Shown: piece after piece, positions 39,985 to 64,000 of the stretch | How positions within the stretch are numbered: position 1 is the stretch's first letter | Layout of the letters: every line of letters starts with the position of its first letter | Assembly: GCA_963693365.1 (NCBI GenBank) | Contig: CAVNZM010000001.1 | Coordinates: 16,115,840-16,179,839, forward strand | Length of the DNA: 64,000 nucleotides | From: Amoebidium appalachense | Lineage: Eukaryota > Protista > Ichthyosporea | Direction: 5' to 3' | Program-made: the position numbers and the translations under genes | Notes under the pieces: model-generated | The model's input: only the letters and a program-made list of their open reading frames with translations | What the model was told of the DNA's origin: nothing | Database searches by the model: none

Positions 39985-40051
39985 GATACATCACATGCTT
40001 TGGAGCAAGTGCCAGCGCACAACAGGGTTCTTTAGTAGGGCATACGTTGCA

Positions 40052-40119
<68 letters not shown>

Positions 40120-40333
40120 CGTGCACACGCATGTCTAAGCTTGTGGTGGTTTATGGTTTTATGTGATTACACACAAGAACTTCCTTTGAGTGGGTCGGCT
40201 TGTGCTTGTGCTATTTTGTGAACATGTAGGGGAATGTGTCCGCATGATCCCGTCTGGGCAGGGAAACGTGCATGTCCGCGTGTGTGTCCGTTCTTCTCTT
40301 GCCTTTTCCCTCCCCTTAACACAACAGCCAAAC

Positions 40334-40403
<70 letters not shown>

Positions 40404-41136
40404 CCTACCACCCACCCACACTCCTACCCATCCACCCCCCCCCCCCCCCCAAACACACACCTACCTCTCATCCCCCCCCCCCCCCTCCCTCCCTCCCTCC
40501 ACTCTCTCCCTCCTCCCCCCCCCTCCCCCCCCCCCCCACAAAAAAAAAAAAAAAATCCGACAACATACCGACACCTCCGGAGCGTCCTGTATCGTAACCG
40601 TCTCATGCGGCGCAAGGGTGAGCAGGCCATAGCCCATGCTGACGAAATCGTTGATCAGATCTATGCGATCGATATTCAGCTGCCGCTCAAGCATCTGCCC
40701 GTCAATCACCCAGTTACTGCGATTACTGAACGTCACCCGGTTGCTATCTACCGGCCCGGCAACCGCGAAACATGCCGCCGTCACCCGCGGCCCGTATGGA
40801 CCTTTCCCACCGCGCGGATTGTAGCAGTTTTCGAGAAAGGTTTCGACAACCTGAGGGGAAAGAAGAGAGACCGTTTAGTGGGTTTTTTTTTTTTTTTTTT
40901 TTTGTGGGGTGGGGTGGGGGGGGGGGGGGGGGGGGGGGTGAGGCAATGTGGGTATTTTAGCTCTGCACGGCGTGAGCAAATGAGCGGGAGATTGGGGAAG
41001 CGTGGGGAGGGTAAGAGCGGCCAAGAAAAATCCCCCCCCCCCCCCCCCTCCCCCTTCTGTAAGGGAAGGTGCAGATTTGGTGGATGGTGGGGCGCTAAAT
41101 GGAAACTAGCACGTGAGGTCATCCGGACCGGCACGT

Positions 41137-41216
<80 letters not shown>

Positions 41217-42652
41217 GTGTATGTATGCGTGTCCGCGTGTGTGTGCTTTGTGCCCATGTGATTCTGTTGCTTGTATTCGGTGGAGTTTATAGGTCCTGTG
41301 GGAGTAAAGTAAAGAGTGCCAACACGATGCTCGAGTAACGTGCGGCCATGTGTGTCTGCTTTCACACCCGTTGCTTCACAAGTTATTACGCGGTGGTGGA
41401 CTGGGTTGATCGCAGATAAGGAAGGGAAGGGGGCAGGGCGGGGGGGGGGGGGGGGGGGGGGGGGAGGGGGGGGGAAAGGAGGGGAGACGGAGACGGAGAG
41501 GGAGGGGGAAAGTCGTGTGCATGTGCTTGTGTAGGTACACGTGTCAGTCGTGTGTGCCTGTGTATGCCTGCAACGTGCGGTATGACAAAAGCTTGAGGTG
41601 CTGACTAACACCTTTTGGAATGCACCACCATGCTTGCAGCCATATGTGACTCTCTGTGCAAATCTATGTGAATGTGTGTACCGTGTGCCCGTACATCTTT
41701 ATGTGCGTGTGGGTGTGTTTGTGCGTGGGCTTGCGTGTGTGTGTACGTGTGGCACCCGTGTATGTGCGTGTTTGTGCTTGCACCTGCACTTGTGTGTACA
41801 CGCTGAGTTGGACGTGCAGGTGCATGTGTGTGTGTGTTCACCGTGCACACGTGCCTACATACTACAATATGTCTGTGCATAGCGTCTCTACATGCATTTG
41901 CCCTTTTCCCCTTCTCTTGCTTGTACCCATGCCTCTATATCATTTTTCTATATGCACGGCTCACCCAGTATGTGTGTATGTATATAGCAGCAAACACCCA
42001 CCAGCTAACATGAGTGCACACAGGTACATGCCCATGTTGGAAACCTTTTTTTTAAGGCCAACTCTCCAACATCTATTTCTACTATACCCCCATCCCCCCC
42101 CCCCCCCCCCCCCACCCCCATCACCCGGGGCCCCCTCCCTCCCCCCCCCCCCCCCCCCCCCCCCCCCCACATACACCCGTCTCCTCATCGTCACCCTTTC
42201 ACACACAACGTCGTCCCCTCTTTGCCTCCTCCCGACCCTTTCCCCACACCCCTCACACAAAGGACAGCGCACAAACCCACATACCCATCCACATGCACCC
42301 ATCCAAAAGCACCACCCCAGCCACCCGAAATTCACACACCAACATCGAACTCGAACAAACACAAACAAACAAACAAACAAACAAACACACACACACACAC
42401 ACCCACACCCACACACACCCACACACCCACAAGCCCCCCCTCCCCCGCCCCCAAACACACACACACACACACCTGCACGAAGGTAGCATACTGCTGGTTC
42501 TGAAACGTCTGCTCGTGTATCAGCTCACCAGGTGCCCTCTCATTGAACGTGAGCTCATCCTCCGGGCCCACCAAGTAGAGCTGCAGCACAGATGTAGTGC
42601 CGGCAATGTACCCGGCAACTATGTACTTGCGGTCTCCCCCCGGGCTGCTCAT
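33899..42652 (-). CDS. Bacterial-type (Glk family) glucokinase-like protein with C-terminal transmembrane anchor; exons 42652-42473, 40850-40575, 39667-39628, 38613-38389, 36474-36308, 35568-35460, 34099-33899
   Basis: [83 protein letters not shown]. All introns are GT-AG with compatible phases once one extra base in the C5 run at 38441-45 is removed. Confidence 0.9.
35322..35435. repeat. ~21-bp minisatellite (GTGTGTGTCTGCTACATGCAC, about 5 copies), intronic
   Basis: Directly visible tandem copies. Confidence 0.85.
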
Positions 42653-44548
42653 CGTGTATGTGCTCTCTCGTTCGCGATCACGATCTGAACGACGGGAGTT
42701 CTGGCGGCTGCCCAAGTCCGGTTAAGCAAAAAAAGGAAAAGGGAAAGGTGTGTAGGGTGGGTCGGAGCATGGGAAACGGGCTAGGGGGAGAAGAAGGGAG
42801 GGAGGGAGGAAGGAAGTGGGGGGGGGGGGGGGGGGGGGGGGGGGGGAAGGAGGGAGGGAGAGAGGACGGGAAGGCAGGCTGGAAGGGAGGAAGGGAGGGA
42901 GAGAGAAAGGAGGGAGGGAGGCGAGAGAGAGAAGGGGGGGGGGAGGGGGACAGAGAGAGAGAGAGAGGGGGTCTGGGAGAGAGAGAGAGAGAGAAAGAGA
43001 GGAGTGGGAGACAGGGGGGCGGGCGGGGCAAGGGGGCAAGGTGGGTGGAGGGAAAGGGAGGTGCTTGTGCTGCGGAGGTTGGGGTGGAGTGGTAGATTGA
43101 GAAGAAGGGGGGAAGAAAAAGAGCAAGGCAGGGGGGCTGCACTAGTATTGAAACGGACGAAGGCCAAGGAGGCCGGGCGAGAGTGTGTGTGCAATAGAAA
43201 GAAATCAACATAAGATGCAAAGTGACAAGAGAGAGGGGGAGGGGAATAAACGACCACGGGGAGGGAGTTTGGAAGGGAGAGAGAAGAGTAGGGCAATGTA
43301 GACAAAGAACCCTATAAAAAACAAGCAGTGGACCAAGGGCAGGAAGACATAGGCTGAACAGAAGATAAACGAGCGGAAAGCAAAGAAAGGCACGGGCAAG
43401 AGCATGCACGAGCATGGGTTTAAAGCACCAAAATGAATCGGCGGGGAGGCACAGAGGGTTGGTGCTATGGGAAAGATGCCCGAGAACTTCTAAAAAAGAA
43501 CGCCAAGAAGAGAATCTACCGGACACAACTCTGCACAACAAAACAAGTCGTAGGCCGTACTGCACCCAATAGTGTCATCAACCACTTCAAACCCTACAGC
43601 ACCAACCTGGTAAACCCGGTAATATTGCAGGTTGCCATGGTATCCACATGAATCATATACTCTATAGTAAACCCCTTTCCCCCTCCCCCCCACATTCCCC
43701 CCCACCCTCCGCCCTCCCCTCCTTCCCTCCCCTCCCTCCCTCCCCCCTTCCCCTCACCGCCACTTCCCCCTCACTCTTGCCCACCTTGTGGACAGCTGAT
43801 GAGCCAATGTTCTGTTGGGCATGGTGGCTGCCTCGGCACGAATGAGTGCCGTGGCTGACAGATTAGACTGTAAGAACGAAATATACCTTAGAAAATAATG
43901 GGGTAGTAGCGAGTTGTGCTGTGCGTTTTAGCTGGGATGAAAGGAAGGTTGCTTGTGTTCTGCCTTTGCTCCTGTTGCTTGTTACAAGTGAATGTGTGGT
44001 TGTTTGATGTGTAAAATGACCCGTAAAAATAGGCTCTAGACACACAAAATTTTGTATGTAAATACAAAGTTTTACAAACCTTAACAAGACATGGTAATAC
44101 TGCAATAAAAGGCTCCTTTTCCCAACTTGAACAACAGGAAGGTACACACAGGCACACAAAACACACGGCGCACGGACAGACTTGGCGCCGAAGGCAGACT
44201 GTTCTGGTGTAGTGCGCACATACCAAATCGAGCAATGGCCATATAACAGCCAATCAAAAGGGCATAAGAAACAACCCTATATGGTAATCTACCGTTGAAG
44301 CACCATTTCAATTTGCTTCAACTGCTAGTCTATAACGGTAGACTAATAGATATCAGTTAGAACTCAACATACTGCGACCTAGAGTTCAATAATGACGACT
44401 TTAGTCACAGACTATCCCTCTACTCGTTTTGTCGGGCTAGCAAGCACTCAAACTTTGCTCGAGAGGCCGCGCACGCAGGGCACAACATGGCACGATCCTT
44501 TTTCACCCTTTAGATGTTGGATGGATGCCAACCTTTTTCACCCTTTAG

Positions 44549-49650
<5,102 letters not shown>

Positions 49651-50437
49651 CAGGTGCCACGAAATGTGAGTGCGAGGTAAAGTTGGTCATGTGACGTAGA
49701 TGAAGCAGGTACATGCACACTCGATCGGATCACACGTATGTATAAGGCAACTGAAAAATCGTTTTTACGAAAGGTGTTCCTGAGTGATTTAGTATCCTGA
49801 ATATTGCTCATGATGGGGTGCCCCTTGGTATGTGATAGTCTAGATTTTCCGTGTTTTTCACATTTTCCGCTGATGAAGTGTTCGATTTTTCCCAGCATCA
49901 CAGGGGTTGAAAGTCAATACAATGTATGGCAACATATGGCTGTGTTCATGTGTACCATCGCATGTTCACGCATCATCCACACACATACACGTCCACTGTT
50001 CAGCAAATAAGAGAACCCCAGTTATGTTTTTAAGTTTATTTGGCACACAGCCACACATGGTCTATGGAGTATTGTGGTGTTGAAGGGCTTAGACAGTTTA
50101 TTACTTTGAGATTACTTTCATTCCATGTACATACGTTTCTATGGTTTTCTGGCAGAGATCAAGTCATTCACATGCCAAGCAAACAGAAATTCATATCCCA
50201 CACACTGTTCCTTACTAAGCAATACCATTAAAACCATAAAAAAGTCTTTGATCCCATGACTTATACAAAACCGTGTCATTAAGCAGAAACGCTCGTAGCA
50301 TTCAAAAATGTCTATCTCGTACAGAATCATCTAAGAATGTTAACTAAGTCATCCTCATAGTCATACGTGCTAATCGATAACATTCAAATCCCCCCCCCCC
50401 CCCCCCTCTCAAACACACACACACTCACACACACACG

Positions 50438-50546
<109 letters not shown>

Positions 50547-50726
50547 AAACACAAACACAAACACAGACACAAACACAAATCAAACTCACTCATCATATTC
50601 ACAAAAGAAAGAACAAGAAGTACAAGAAAACACAGAACATTTAAGAAAAACAAGAAAACAAGAAAAACACCAAAGACCAAACCTATACATCAATCCCAAA
50701 AACACAATCCACGCAGTATTTTTTAA

Positions 50727-55869
<5,143 letters not shown>

Positions 55870-56269
55870 AAAAACTGGAGAAACGAGTTTACTCCGAGTA
55901 AAAGCGCACGAAGCTTTGCGGAGTTCTCGAAGGAATCAATCATCTAAAGTGCTTTCTGCTAGTCGAGATTTGAAGAATCAAGCAAAGCATAACTTAAAGC
56001 AGGTATGGATGCTCATAGCCAAAAACCAGTATTGAATCAAATATAAGGAATTACCATATTCCATGTTCTTCTTGTTACAGTTGCTCAAAATTCAGAATAA
56101 AGTGGCCAAATTGATCGGTGGATGTTCAAAGCCTTTTTAACAGGGGCCAAGACGCTGATGAGGAGTTTACGCTGTTTACTCGAGGCAAAGACTGATGAGT
56201 CATATGAAGGAAATAACTGACAAATGAAACACTCTTGCGCTTAACCATATATGGGATGGTGCGAGATAA

Positions 56270-56381
56270 GCCAATCATATCCGATGACGTCACAGCACAA
56301 TCACGTAATCCCGGCCTGTCTCAGCGCGAGGTGTTCGTTTTTTTTGTCGGTGCTGTACTGGGCCAGCCAGCCTTCACGTGA
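56270..56381. promoter_or_regulatory. Candidate promoter motifs upstream of the ankyrin gene (CCAAT, TGACGTCA, TCACGTGA)
   Basis: Motif cluster 400-500 bp upstream of the ATG at 55869; motif match only. Confidence 0.3.
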
Positions 56382-56802
56382 CAAAAGCATATATTGTTTA
56401 CTCGTGTGTTTTACATATTATATCTAATAAAAGCCAAAAAAAGAAAGAAAGAAAGAGAGAATGAAAGAATTAAGAAAAAGGCTTCAGCCAACCTACAGGC
56501 AGTTTGTAGACTATGCTTCCATAGGTGTTATCTGGTATGAAGTATGACGGCCAAAGCTTTTACTAAAGGGAAGACTGAAAACGAAAAAAAAAAGAAAAAA
56601 ATCCGATTCGTCATCAGCTTTTACACAAAAAGGTTGATTGATCAATCAAAGTGCAAAACAGTCAAATCAACCAATCCAAGAAAAAAAGACACCTTTACCG
56701 TTGAACTTTGCTACAACGAGGACTACTATCCAACTGGAATTCACCTTCACGTCACATTATCAAGCTAACAGTAGTGGCAGCAACCTATATTTATCGCCAA
56801 AT

Positions 56803-63894
<7,092 letters not shown>

Positions 63895-64000
63895 CTGGCT
63901 GCCATCCTCACGCTGCACAACACAGTGAGCACATGAATGGATTAAAGAGGGAAAGAGGTACATAAGCATAGAAATTCACGCGCATGAATGTAAATTAATG

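Overview
Eukaryotic nuclear DNA from an intron-rich, probably protist genome; the lineage cannot be fixed from this window. It is saturated with (CA/TG)n, (CT/AG)n and poly-C/poly-G tracts, and most ORFs in the supplied track are microsatellite artefacts. Genes reconstructed by hand from splice sites and motifs are: a probable LAS1-like first exon (-), a three-AP2-domain protein with a possible mitochondrial presequence (+), a disordered 384-aa ORF (-), a 7-exon bacterial-type glucokinase homologue with degenerate ATP motifs and a C-terminal membrane anchor (-), a 9-exon YggC/YFH7-like P-loop kinase (+), a 5-exon ankyrin-repeat membrane protein (-), and the 3' half of an organellar-type isoleucyl-tRNA synthetase (-). 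Mobile DNA includes a 2.1-kb TA-flanked IS630-Tc1-mariner derivative and a young full-length Ty1/copia element with atypical TG...AA ends and an apparent half-tRNA(Tyr) primer site. The copia sits inside a 12.4-kb foldback structure with kb-long inverted arms that end in Helitron-like GC hairpin + CTTG termini. Single-base frameshifts recur in G/C homopolymers, even in IleRS, and are most likely assembly errors.
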